64,000 bases of DNA. Origin: Dethiobacteria bacterium. Its GTDB lineage: Bacteria; Bacillota; Dethiobacteria; DTU022; UBA8154. The stretch is from assembly GCA_050948785.1 (NCBI GenBank), contig JBMNEM010000006.1:164722-228721 (forward strand), written 5' to 3'. Below, piece after piece: positions 48,752-58,387 of this stretch (position 1 is its first letter; each line of letters opens with the position of its first letter). The position numbers and the translations under genes are program-made. The notes beneath the pieces were generated by a model, which was not told the DNA's origin, ran no database searches, and saw only the letters and a program-made list of their open reading frames with translations.

Positions 48752-49465
48752 TCAAAGTAACCCTTTCATCCCGCCTGTAAACTGGTCAAAGGTTAAATCC
48801 TGCCTAATTTGTTCAACCGCCCGGGTGATCCGCATTTCGGCCATCATGTTTCTAGCCTGTAACTTTTCAACAACCGCCATTTCCTGCTGCCGCCTCTTTT
48901 CTTCCGGGCTTGTAGTCGCCGCTGCCGCCTCGCCATGCAACCTATCTAACTGTGAAAAGATAAACGCCCTCTTGCTTGCGTCAAGGTCAACTTGGCCTGC
49001 CGCATCCGGTTCCTTTCCGGCAAAATAGTCGTAGTCCTCTTTGCTCGCCGGGCCGGGGTAATGCCTTTCAGCTATGCTTTTAACCTGCGTATATGCCACT
49101 GTAAATAAAGCCGGTTGCCGCTTCGCAACTTCTTCAGCTATGCTTAACAACTTATCCTTGCCGCCCGCTGTCAGCCGCCCCATCAGTAGTTCAACCTCCC
49201 GGCGCTCCTGCAGCAACTCTTGCTCCGTCATTGTCGGTATCGCCGGGGCCTGTGTATCCAGTGCAGCCAGGGCCTTCACGTATTTTTTGGCATCATTTTC
49301 AGCAGTTTCCAATGCCTCTTTAAATATGGCCAGGTATTTCTTCCCCAGTTCCTTCAATGCCGCCGCTTTGCCCTCAAGTGTTAAGTGGTCATTCGTCCTG
49401 ATCTCCGCTCGCTTGGTTACGTATTCCTGCCTTAGCCGTTCAAAATCTTCCACTTTAAAAAACAA
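48752..49465 (-). CDS. Helical hypothetical protein
   Basis: 237 aa, AAGGAG RBS, follows terminase genes; no motif recognised. Confidence 0.7.
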   Translation of the reverse strand: MFFKVEDFERLRQEYVTKRAEIRTNDHLTLEGKAAALKELGKKYLAIFKEALETAENDAKKYVKALAALDTQAPAIPTMTEQELLQERREVELLMGRLTAGGKDKLLSIAEEVAKRQPALFTVAYTQVKSIAERHYPGPASKEDYDYFAGKEPDAAGQVDLDASKRAFIFSQLDRLHGEAAAATTSPEEKRRQQEMAVVEKLQARNMMAEMRITRAVEQIRQDLTFDQFTGGMKGLL

Positions 49466-49484
49466 CTCCTTTTTATTTTAATGT

Positions 49485-50085
49485 TTACCAACCTCTAGGC
49501 TTTGCGTAGAAAAACCTTGCGCCCTTCTGCCGCTTACCGTACCACGCCGCCAACGCCACCGCTAAAACTAAATCATCATGCACCCCCTCCCGCCAGGCTT
49601 CGTAACTATCATGCGCCGTCTTAACATTGATTTTAACCTTGAAAGTTCAGCAGCTCCTGAACCAGCACCTGGGCCAGGGGCAGCCTGCTTGCAACTTTCA
49701 GATCACCTGATTGAAATAACACCTGCAACGTCGTGATCAAGTCTCGTTTGGGAACGTTAAACCCGCCGCTTACAGAAGTAACCTCATTCCCGCCGGTTAT
49801 GGTAATAGCCACGGGCCGCAGCTTGGCTTTTCTGAATAAGTCCACCACGGGCCGCCCAACGCCTGTCGCATCCACTACCAGGGCCGCCTGTCCCCGCAGT
49901 TCCGGGGAACGCATCAGCGCTTGCACCCGGTCAACAATTGCCGGGTACGAAGTCCCCAGTTCGGGCCGCTCTAGATGTCTTACATGATAACCGGGCCGGG
50001 GGAGGGCCTGTGTCTTCTCAATAACCGTTATGGCCGTGTAATCTTGCGCCTGTCCCAGGTCAAGGCCGACGTAGTAATTAAACAT
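49485..50085 (-). CDS. Terminase large-subunit nuclease (RNase H-like) domain, frameshifted near 49640
   Basis: YVGLDLG...DYTA, VDATGVG, K.DL; HDDLVLAVALA lies in the +1 frame after ...NF. Confidence 0.8.
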
Positions 50086-50842
50086 TAACACCACCTCCAA
50101 ACAAGGGTTCCACTTTGTCCGTTATTGCCGCCTGCACCGTGTCGTAGGTGAATACTTGATCCACTGTTTCAACGAATTTGCATTGGTACTCTTGCTTGTA
50201 CCACCAGTCGCCCAGCGCCGCCCGTTCCTCCTCAAGAAACTCCGGGGTTATCCGGGGGCAGTCCTGGGCCGGTATTAATATCCGCTCCCAGGTATCGCCG
50301 CCGTTCTCCCATGTTTCGAAGAAGTGTCCACGCTTGCCGAACGGCGTACTCATCAGGATTAACCGGCCACCGCTCACCGCCAGCATGGGTCTAACCGCAA
50401 AATACAGTTCATCAGGCACCCGGGCCGCCTCATCCTCCACAATGAGATCGGCACCGCTGTAACCTCTGACAGTTGCCTCTGTGCCGGGGAGGGAAACTAT
50501 CCTGCTCCTGTTCCTTATGGTTAAAGACAGCCGGTTATCCTCCGTCAACTGGGGCCGTTCATCCAGCCGGTTAAGGGCATCCTGCACCTTCCGGAAAAGC
50601 TCCCCTGATTGCCGCAGGGAAGGACTGACCAGCAGAATCAAGCTCCCGGGATAGAATAGGGCCTTGTGCAGGGCCAGAATTGCTGCTGTGGTACTCTTAC
50701 CGCTCTGCCGTGAACAGTTCAGCAGCAGCCGCTTACCGCTCCAGCGCAGGGCCTGGGCCTGCCAGGGGTCAGGGGTAAAACCTAACATGCCATAGGCAAA
50801 CTCCACCGGGTCAAGGGCCTGGGCTAAATCTTTACCCAACAT
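50078..50842 (-). CDS. Terminase large-subunit ATPase domain
   Basis: PWQ, SRQSGKST Walker A, IVEDEAA Walker B, STP motif III, QEYQC. Confidence 0.9.
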   Translation of the reverse strand: MLGKDLAQALDPVEFAYGMLGFTPDPWQAQALRWSGKRLLLNCSRQSGKSTTAAILALHKALFYPGSLILLVSPSLRQSGELFRKVQDALNRLDERPQLTEDNRLSLTIRNRSRIVSLPGTEATVRGYSGADLIVEDEAARVPDELYFAVRPMLAVSGGRLILMSTPFGKRGHFFETWENGGDTWERILIPAQDCPRITPEFLEEERAALGDWWYKQEYQCKFVETVDQVFTYDTVQAAITDKVEPLFGGGVNV

Positions 50843-51371
50843 CCTGCTCTACCTCCTTTACCGCTGCAGCCAGGGCAAGCCGGGCATCCGGCCAGGGTTG
50901 CAGGGCATTGAGAATCACCGTCCGCAACTGCACCCACGCCGGGGCCAGGGTTATATTGACGGTTCCCTCCTGCTGCAACTCTCCTTGCAGCTTTGCCAGT
51001 AGCTCCAAGCAGGAACGGGCCTCTCTTACCCCTTGCAGGGCCGTCCTAAGCTCCCCTGCGGCCTCTGCTTGCCTAAGAATAGACAACGCCTTTGCTTGTA
51101 ACTCCTGCACCTGGGCAAGCAGGTTATCAGCCTGGGCCACCTCTTTAGCTTCCCGTGCTTGGGTCAAGGCCGCCGGTATGTGGTTGCTTTTATGCCTATG
51201 TAGGGCCGCTGTAGATACACCGTAACGTTTCGCTATGTTACGAAACGAATCACCGGCAAGCAGGGCTTTATTTATTTCATTTACCTTTGCATGTTCGCAA
51301 ATCGTGCATTTACGGCCTGTTCGCTGCTTAGTCATTTGCACTATTCTCCTTGGTTTATTTTTGCCTTGCAT
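50832..51371 (-). CDS. Putative small terminase-like HTH protein
   Basis: CTICEH, SFRNIAKRYGVS..ALHRH HTH, helical oligomerisation-like region; overlaps the TerL ATPase start; probable start at MTKQ. Confidence 0.65.
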   Translation of the reverse strand: MQGKNKPRRIVQMTKQRTGRKCTICEHAKVNEINKALLAGDSFRNIAKRYGVSTAALHRHKSNHIPAALTQAREAKEVAQADNLLAQVQELQAKALSILRQAEAAGELRTALQGVREARSCLELLAKLQGELQQEGTVNITLAPAWVQLRTVILNALQPWPDARLALAAAVKEVEQDVG

Positions 51372-51470
51372 TCTGCCCTCTCACACCAATTCAAAGCACC
51401 TCGCCCGCTACAAGCAACTTAGCACCGCATCCTTTTGGTATATCTCAATATACCTCCTCAATTCGCATAC

Positions 51471-51578
51471 CCCTACACTTCACCTACACTTGTAATCCAA
51501 TTTCCATAACTTTCCCTTATATTCCTTCGCGTAAAAAGTTTATGGAAACAGCCTCCGAAGTGTAGGTGAAGTGTAGGG
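51471..51578. other. Candidate replication origin of the element
   Basis: Perfect 21-bp inverted repeat (51471-51491/51558-51578) built of CCTACACTT iterons, inner IR and AT-rich core, 3' of primase-helicase. Confidence 0.7.
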
Positions 51579-51580
51579 AA

Positions 51581-53728
51581 TTAATTTTTCACGTTATCGT
51601 AGACCAGCCCAATACCTATCCAAATACGCTTGCCAGCGTCCGGGTACTGATCGAATCCACTAGCAATTAACGTTTGCGTAAACCGCTTCCGGCCTAATGG
51701 GTATCTTTCGCCGTTTTCTTCGCACCAGGTTTTATAAGCCTTCCAAATTTCAGGATTAGACACCCGGGCCTGCGGCACCATAACGCACTTATCGGCAATA
51801 AAATCTGCTAGCGGATCCATCTCCTGCCTGTATTCTTCAGTAGTTTGCTTAACCGCATCCGGGGGGTTCAGCCCCTCCTGCTGCCAGGCAAGGCAGCCTT
51901 CTACTAGCCATGCAAGGATTGCCGGGCCGGTTATTTCAGTATCGCACAGAATATTTTTAAGTTCCGGGTTGCGTTCGTTCGCCGGTATTACCTCGCGAAA
52001 AGGAATTTGCAATATTCGCCGCCAAATTGCCCCGTCGGGGCCGGTAACTTTTGGCCGGTTATTCGCAGCTAACCACAGCTTGAATTGTGGGACAAATTCA
52101 AAACTTTCCTGATACAGAAAACGGGCTGTTATAACATCACCACCGGTCAGCTGATTAACTAGTCCTTCCGCTAGCTTGCGCCCGTCCTCAACCTCCACGC
52201 TGACAACAAACCGCTTACCGGCCAGCCTTGCTATATCGTTCCGGGGGCCGCCACGGTTTTTGTTTGATAGGAATGCCTCAAAATCCGCTGTGCAGGCATA
52301 ATCGCCAGCCGCAGCCATAACCGCCCTCAGGAAAGTGCTCTTGCCGGTCGCCGGGGGGCCGTATGAAAAGGCAAACTTTTCTTCGCTGACGTCGCCGGTA
52401 ATACTATAACCTGCAAACCGCTGAACAAAGGCCCTAACCTGGGGATCAGGAATTACACGATCCAGAAAAGTTTCCCAAACCTTACTTCTGATTTTTGGGT
52501 TATATTCGATTGGAGATATTTTCGTCAGGTAATCGCCCCGTTTATGCTCCTGTAATTCCCCAGTCCGCAGGTTGATTGTCCCGTTTTGGCAATTCAGCAG
52601 GAAGGGATCAGCATCGAATTGGTTCAATAAAATAGGTATGCCGGTCTCACTTTGTGCTAGAGAAACCATAGCTTTTAGCCTGTTTTCGCTCTCGCTCTTT
52701 AGCGCATGTTTTATAAACGCCTCCCGGTCGCGGTCGTCCTGAATTTTTGCAGCTTCAGCGTACATCTGCCGAACAGTTTTCTTGGCCAGGCGCTTAATTT
52801 TACCGGTTCGATCTTCTTGCCAATATTTACCGTTCCAGCAGTACCATTTTTTTGATTCATATGAGTACCGAATATCTGCGCCATGCAGTTCAACCAATCG
52901 CATAGCGTTCCCTAAATCGGTAAAATGCCGGGGTTCCGCCGCCGCCGGTTCCGCTTCCGGGCCGGGTTCCCACTCCGGGGCCGCCCCTGCCAGCCGCAAA
53001 AGTTCCGCTTTTGTACCGCCGTCGTTCAGCCAGTCCGTGATGTCTCCCTTGTCGGGCAGGCCGGGCAGTTCTAAAACTTTTACGCTCGCCGCCACGCCGT
53101 GCAGGTTCTTTGCAACGTCCTGGGCATGTTTGTACCCTGGTTCATCGTTATCGGGCAGCACAACCACGTTAGCGCCCGCCAGGGCCTCATTATAGCTGCT
53201 TCGCCACTTTCCCGCCCCCATCGGGCTTGTCGTCGCCGCCAGGTCCAGCCGGGCAAGGTTATTAACATCCTTCTCCCCTTCCGGGGTAAAGACTGTTCCC
53301 CCGGCCTCAACCGCCGCAACCACTTCCGGCAGCCGGTAAAGCACCGGCTTTACACCCTTTAAACCATTGATCCAACCCCCCCGGCCATTAGGCCGACGCT
53401 GAAAAAAGCGCTTGTCCGCCGTCCGGCAAACTTGGAAAAGCAGTTTACCATCCATGTTTTTGTAATCATACGTCGCAATAATTTCTGTTTTGCCGCCGGT
53501 ATGCCTTTCCGGTTTTTCGGGGAAAAGGTCGCTAACCCTGATCCCCAACGCCGCGCATATTTGCGAAACTTCGCAGCCCGCAAAACAATTCACCAAAATT
53601 CTGCCGTCGTCGCCTTCTGATACGTGCAAACTTTGCCTCTTATCTTCATGGGCAGGACACAGGGCCTGCCAACCAGCACCGCTTTGTTTTACGCCCTTGA
53701 GGAGGGCTAAAAATTCACCGATCTTCAT
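51581..53728 (-). CDS. Primase-helicase (Zn finger, TOPRIM, D5/P4-type SF3 helicase)
   Basis: CPAHED..CFAGC, EGEKD, DND..G, GPPATGKST, LTGGD.I.AR, WRR. Confidence 0.93.
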   Translation of the reverse strand: MKIGEFLALLKGVKQSGAGWQALCPAHEDKRQSLHVSEGDDGRILVNCFAGCEVSQICAALGIRVSDLFPEKPERHTGGKTEIIATYDYKNMDGKLLFQVCRTADKRFFQRRPNGRGGWINGLKGVKPVLYRLPEVVAAVEAGGTVFTPEGEKDVNNLARLDLAATTSPMGAGKWRSSYNEALAGANVVVLPDNDEPGYKHAQDVAKNLHGVAASVKVLELPGLPDKGDITDWLNDGGTKAELLRLAGAAPEWEPGPEAEPAAAEPRHFTDLGNAMRLVELHGADIRYSYESKKWYCWNGKYWQEDRTGKIKRLAKKTVRQMYAEAAKIQDDRDREAFIKHALKSESENRLKAMVSLAQSETGIPILLNQFDADPFLLNCQNGTINLRTGELQEHKRGDYLTKISPIEYNPKIRSKVWETFLDRVIPDPQVRAFVQRFAGYSITGDVSEEKFAFSYGPPATGKSTFLRAVMAAAGDYACTADFEAFLSNKNRGGPRNDIARLAGKRFVVSVEVEDGRKLAEGLVNQLTGGDVITARFLYQESFEFVPQFKLWLAANNRPKVTGPDGAIWRRILQIPFREVIPANERNPELKNILCDTEITGPAILAWLVEGCLAWQQEGLNPPDAVKQTTEEYRQEMDPLADFIADKCVMVPQARVSNPEIWKAYKTWCEENGERYPLGRKRFTQTLIASGFDQYPDAGKRIWIGIGLVYDNVKN

Positions 53729-53928
53729 TCAAGCATGCCCTCCTTGACCCACTGCCGCCCCTGCTCGACGCCCTTCCAAAAGTGAACCATACATATTTTT
53801 CGCTCACGCTCAGTTTCAAGGTCTTTCCACTCCACGGGCCGCCCGCCGTCCATGTCGGCCACGGCCATAACGCCCTCAAGCTTACTTAGCATGTACCTCA
53901 TTGCAGGTTTCGTGGTAATAGTCATCAT
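53725..53928 (-). CDS. Hypothetical protein
   Basis: 67 aa; stop overlaps primase start (ATGA). Confidence 0.55.
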   Translation of the reverse strand: MMTITTKPAMRYMLSKLEGVMAVADMDGGRPVEWKDLETERERKICMVHFWKGVEQGRQWVKEGMLE

Positions 53929-54081
53929 TCATCAATTTTTTAAGCCGTTTTTCTTTCAGCTTATCTTGTGGTATAATCGCCTGTAGACACTAAATGCACC
54001 GCCTCCAGCCCCACTGGGGCCATTTTTTTTGTCTCCTTTTTTTCTCCCTTCGTTTGTGAATCTCTCTGTAGAATTTCGCAG

Positions 54082-54453
54082 CTAAATAGCCTCCCCCGCC
54101 CGTTCGTCCAACCATTGTAAAAACTTATCCTTAGGGATTACAATCCGCTTATCCCCCACGCGCACCGCCGGAAAGTCCTTTTTCTTCGTTAATCCATAAG
54201 CAACATTAGCCGAAACGCCCAACATTTTTTGGATGTCCTTAACGGTTAAGATAAATTTACCAGTTGTCATTTTCGCCGTCCCCCCACCGGGTTTTGAGAT
54301 ACCTTTCTTGTGTTTTTGCTCCAACCTCCACTCGTCGAACCCTTCATCGTCCGGCCAAACTTCGCACTTGCACCCAGGGCAAACAAAAAAATCACTGTTT
54401 TTGTCGGGTTCCATTAGCTCACTGCAAAACGGGCAATTAATTTGTTCGGGCAT
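54082..54453 (-). CDS. Zinc-ribbon fused to excisionase/AlpA-like HTH
   Basis: CPFC...CPGC.CEVWP then LTVKDIQKMLGVS...Y......FPAVRVG..IVIPK. Confidence 0.75.
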   Translation of the reverse strand: MPEQINCPFCSELMEPDKNSDFFVCPGCKCEVWPDDEGFDEWRLEQKHKKGISKPGGGTAKMTTGKFILTVKDIQKMLGVSANVAYGLTKKKDFPAVRVGDKRIVIPKDKFLQWLDERAGEAI

Positions 54454-55346
54454 GTTTTTACCTCCTTCCTATGTTTTTAAAATAAAAGCACCGGCCCTTT
54501 GCCAGTGCTAAACCCTTGCTTTATCCTGTTAACACACTTTTTATTTAAACTTAATTCCCTCAACTCCATCAACTTGCCGGTGCATTGTTCCGCAATTACT
54601 TTAGTTTGATGTTGATTTTTCCGGCATTGTGGGGGGTCAGGTCCACAGTTCCAAAAAGATTTTTCCTTTCGACATTCCCCCAAAATTCCCGCTCTGCCGC
54701 TCTCTTTTCCCGCTTCTCTTTTTCCCGCTCACGCTGTCGCTGCCTCCTTGGTAAAACCATATAATTCACCTCCTATTTACCCAGCCGGCGCAGCCACGCA
54801 CTGGATTTTTTTATGCTGCGCTAATATTTTTTTAACAAAAAATGCCGCCCGAAACCTATAAGGGTTTCAAGCGGCATTGCACCTTTGTCCACCGCGGCTG
54901 TCCTTCATCACCTTGGAACGATAGGGGGTTACGCGGTTTGTGTTTCTTGCTTGATATTTCCTTCTATCCTTAACATACCTTAAACATTATGCAATGTCAA
55001 GCATTAATGTGTAAAATAAAGCATGTAAAATATATTTACCACCTGTCAACAAATACAGCCCTAAACGCCTCTTTTTGAGCAAGATATACAGCTTTTAATA
55101 GTCCGTCAAGTTCGATATAACCTTTGTTTGAATAGCACTGGTTATTTGTAAACTGCCTTTACTGATGATATTTACTTTCGATGTTCTAAGATAAAAAGCC
55201 GGTTGTTCCGTACACACTTCGTACACACTACAGGGGATAATTAGATAATATTAGGGGGTACAACCTTTTTGAAGGAAGGCTATAAATGCCGTGTTTGTGG
55301 GGATTAATGCTACCAGAAGATATTAGAAGGAATGTCTTTCTCGTTC

Positions 55347-55391
55347 TTCGGGACCAAGAGGCCGCGGGTTCAAATCCCGCCGCTCCGACCA
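55347..55391 (+). repeat. attR core (tRNA-Pro 3' fragment)
   Basis: 45-bp identity to 46191-46235. Confidence 0.95.
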
Positions 55392-55415
55392 AATAATTAA
55401 CCCCTTTTAAAAGGA

Positions 55416-55450
55416 ACCGTGAGGCTCTCAAGTCTCACGGTTGTTTTTTT
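55416..55450 (+). terminator. Terminator after attR (probably the original tRNA-Pro terminator)
   Basis: AACCGTGAG...CTCACGGTT plus T-run. Confidence 0.7.
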
Positions 55451-55534
55451 AAGGAATGCATTTGTAAGCAATAATCATTCATTCACAAGCAATAAAGATC
55501 CTTAAAATGAAAGTCCTTTAAGGCGAAAAAGGGG

Positions 55535-56830
55535 TTATAAAGGAAATTTTTTGGCCATGGGCTTATGTTTGAATGTTTTTGACCTGTCAGCGTATGCGGC
55601 AACAATATGGCCGTTTCCGATCAGGCTGTATTTGTAAATAACCAGTCCATCAAGGCCTACCGGCCCGCGGGAATGTATTTTGCCGGTGCTGATCCCCACT
55701 TCCGCGCCAAAACCATAGCGAAATCCATCACTAAAGCGCGTCGAACAATTCCAAAACACATTGCCCGAATCAACCAGCGCCATAAAACGGGCGGCTTTAT
55801 CCTTGCTGGCGGTAATGATGCTGTCCGTGTGGCCGGAGCCATAATGGTTAATATGCTGAATCGCGGCATCAAGATCGCTCACTACTTTAATGGACAGCTT
55901 ATGGTCCAGATATTCTGTTTTCCAGTCTTCTTCAGTAGCTGCAGCTACAGGTATGAATTCCTGTGTCCGGGAGCAGCCGCAGATGCTTACCTTTTTTTTA
56001 CCCAGGGCTTCCTTTAATCGCGGTAAAAACTGAGCGGCCACTTTTTCATGCACCAGCAAAGTTTCCGCAGCATTGCAGACAGCCACATACTGAGTTTTGG
56101 AATCCACCACAATTTGAACGGCCATCTCCAGCTCGGCATCCTCATCGACATAACAGTGACAGATGCCATCCGCGTGCCCCATCACGGGAATCCTGGAATT
56201 GTCCATAATATAGCGGACAAAATCGTTTGAGCCACGGGGGATAATCAAATCAATGGATTCATCCAGCTTCAACATTTCAGTGACTTCCGCCCTGGTCTCC
56301 AGAAGTTTGATCCAATTCGCAGGAACCCCCGCTTCTTCTGTCGCCTGGACAATGATCTCCGCCAGTATGCGGTTGGTCTCTTTTGCTTCGGAGCCGCCTT
56401 TGAGCAGGACACCATTGCCGCTTTTCAAACCAAGAGTGGAGATCTGCACCAGAGCATCGGGCCGTGATTCAAAAATTACCCCTATTACCCCAATGGGGCA
56501 GGTAATCTTGTAGAGTTCCAAATCCCCGTCCAGTTCCGTCGCCAGCAGTGTCTTGCCAACCGGATCTTCCAGCTTGATTAGGCTGTTGATCCCGTCAACC
56601 ACATCCGCTACGCCTGTTTCATCAAACTTCAGCCTTTTCAAAAGAGGTGCCGGCAGATTTTCTTTTGCACTCCGCGTCAAATCCTCCTGGTTGGCCCGCA
56701 CAATTTCGCTCTGGCGGTCAAGCAAAGACCGGGCAATTTGGGCCAGAGCCTTGTTTTTCAAATCCGTGCCGGTCGCCGCCAATCGGATTGAAGCTTCCTT
56801 TACCTGACGAGCAATTGCTTTCATCTCCAT
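55535..56830 (-). CDS. proA: Gamma-glutamyl phosphate reductase
   Basis: PIGVIGVIFESRP, LKGGSEA, IPRG, CNAAETLL, GSGHTD.I, STRFSDG..YGFGAEVGIST.K.HSRGP. Confidence 0.96.
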   Translation of the reverse strand: MEMKAIARQVKEASIRLAATGTDLKNKALAQIARSLLDRQSEIVRANQEDLTRSAKENLPAPLLKRLKFDETGVADVVDGINSLIKLEDPVGKTLLATELDGDLELYKITCPIGVIGVIFESRPDALVQISTLGLKSGNGVLLKGGSEAKETNRILAEIIVQATEEAGVPANWIKLLETRAEVTEMLKLDESIDLIIPRGSNDFVRYIMDNSRIPVMGHADGICHCYVDEDAELEMAVQIVVDSKTQYVAVCNAAETLLVHEKVAAQFLPRLKEALGKKKVSICGCSRTQEFIPVAAATEEDWKTEYLDHKLSIKVVSDLDAAIQHINHYGSGHTDSIITASKDKAARFMALVDSGNVFWNCSTRFSDGFRYGFGAEVGISTGKIHSRGPVGLDGLVIYKYSLIGNGHIVAAYADRSKTFKHKPMAKKFPL

Positions 56831-57011
56831 CCAGACATCTCCTTTAATCTTTATTACACATTCTAAACCTGATTTTCCAAAAGCCTTGCATAAATATCAT
56901 ATACTTTGCCTTGAAGTAAGACAAGCCCGGCCACAAACAGCTTTACGATCACTTTCTAGTTACACACCAGAGCATAATGCTCCTTCTCTTCATTCGAAAG
57001 ACTATAAAAGA

Positions 57012-58322
57012 CTATCTACCCAACATCATTCTGGGAAGAAAAAGGGCTGTTTCAGGAAATGCCGCTACAATTACAACCACAATCAGTATGGGAATGACAA
57101 AAGGCAAGGCACCCAGGTAAATCTCTTCCATCGAAACATCCTTTGCCGTTCCGGCAATGGTGAACAGATTTAAACCCATCGGTGGTGTAATTAAGCCGGC
57201 ATCCATCATCAGCACGCAGACCACCCCGAAGGCAATGGGATCAAACCCTAATTGCAATATCAGGGGGAAAACCACCGGCAGCGTCAAAACCATCATGGAT
57301 ACCGCATCTATAAAGCAACCTAAAAAGAGATAAACAAGAAGTATGGCAGCCAGGACAAAATACCGGGATATTGCCATCCCGGCAACCCACCCTACCAGTT
57401 GCATCGGTATGGTGGAAAGGCCCAGAAAATAGGTGTAAACTGTAGCCCCGGCAATCAGAAAAAGAACCATCGCCGAAACCCGGACAGCCTCCTGTAAAGC
57501 CGTGAAAAGGTTCCTGAAAGTCAGCTTTTTTTTCAACAAAGCAAAAAAGAAAAGCAGGGCCGCGCCCGCTGCTCCAGCCTCGGAAGGAGTAAACCAGCCT
57601 AAATATATTCCTCCCATGACTACCAGGAAAACCAGGACAATTTCCCACACGTTTTTCAGCACCAGGAATTTCTCTCTCCAGCTAACCGGTTCAGGATTGG
57701 CCGGAGCCAGGCTGGGGTCTCGTTTCACCTGGAGCACTACAAGGGCAATAAAGGTCGCCGCCAGAATAATTCCGGGCAGGATGCCGGCAATCAACAATTT
57801 TCCAACAGATTGCTCCGTAAGCATCCCGAAAACCACAAAACCAATACTCGGCGGGATCAGGAAGCCCAGGGTTCCGCCTCCCGCAATCGTTCCTGTCGCC
57901 AATCTCGGGGAATAATTGTATTTCCTCATTTCCGGGTAGGCAATACCGGACATCGCGGCTGCTGTAGCCACTGAAGATCCGGAAACAGCGGAAAAACCGG
58001 CACAGGCTGCAATGGTTGCTGCCGCCAATCCCCCGGGAAGCCTCCGGAGCCATTTATCAAATACATTGTAAAGATCTTCAATCAAGCCACTTACACTGGC
58101 AAAACTGCCCATGATTAAAAAAAGTGGAATAACTATATACGAATAGGTACTGGAAACCTCATAGACTGTTCTGGCGACTACAGGTAAGGCCGCTTGAAAA
58201 GAAGCTAAATACCAGATCCCCAAGAAACCTATCAGCATTAAAGCCAGGGCTATGGGCATCCCTAAAATTAAAAGAAAAAACACCCCGAGAGTACCAATAA
58301 TTCCTGTAGTAATGGGGTCCAA
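57012..58322 (-). CDS. dctM: TRAP transporter large permease
   Basis: IPLF, SGSS.A, GG.LG.LIPPS, AGI.PG, ITPPMG.NLF. Confidence 0.93.
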   Translation of the reverse strand: MDPITTGIIGTLGVFFLLILGMPIALALMLIGFLGIWYLASFQAALPVVARTVYEVSSTYSYIVIPLFLIMGSFASVSGLIEDLYNVFDKWLRRLPGGLAAATIAACAGFSAVSGSSVATAAAMSGIAYPEMRKYNYSPRLATGTIAGGGTLGFLIPPSIGFVVFGMLTEQSVGKLLIAGILPGIILAATFIALVVLQVKRDPSLAPANPEPVSWREKFLVLKNVWEIVLVFLVVMGGIYLGWFTPSEAGAAGAALLFFFALLKKKLTFRNLFTALQEAVRVSAMVLFLIAGATVYTYFLGLSTIPMQLVGWVAGMAISRYFVLAAILLVYLFLGCFIDAVSMMVLTLPVVFPLILQLGFDPIAFGVVCVLMMDAGLITPPMGLNLFTIAGTAKDVSMEEIYLGALPFVIPILIVVVIVAAFPETALFLPRMMLGR

Positions 58323-58387
58323 GGTTTTCCCCTCCTTACTTTCTTGGAAACCTGAACATATTTTTCTTCATTCCGGGCAAAGAGCAC

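Larger units (their letters stand above)
46191..55391. mobile_element. Integrated phage-satellite-like element in tRNA-Pro
   Basis: 45-bp perfect direct repeat at both ends, tyrosine integrase, Xis-like HTHs, primase-helicase, terminase genes. Confidence 0.92.

Noticed and set aside
54477-54770. Small ORFs at the satellite right end
   Set aside because: A ~40-aa basic ORF with RBS may be real, but frames conflict and no motif supports a call
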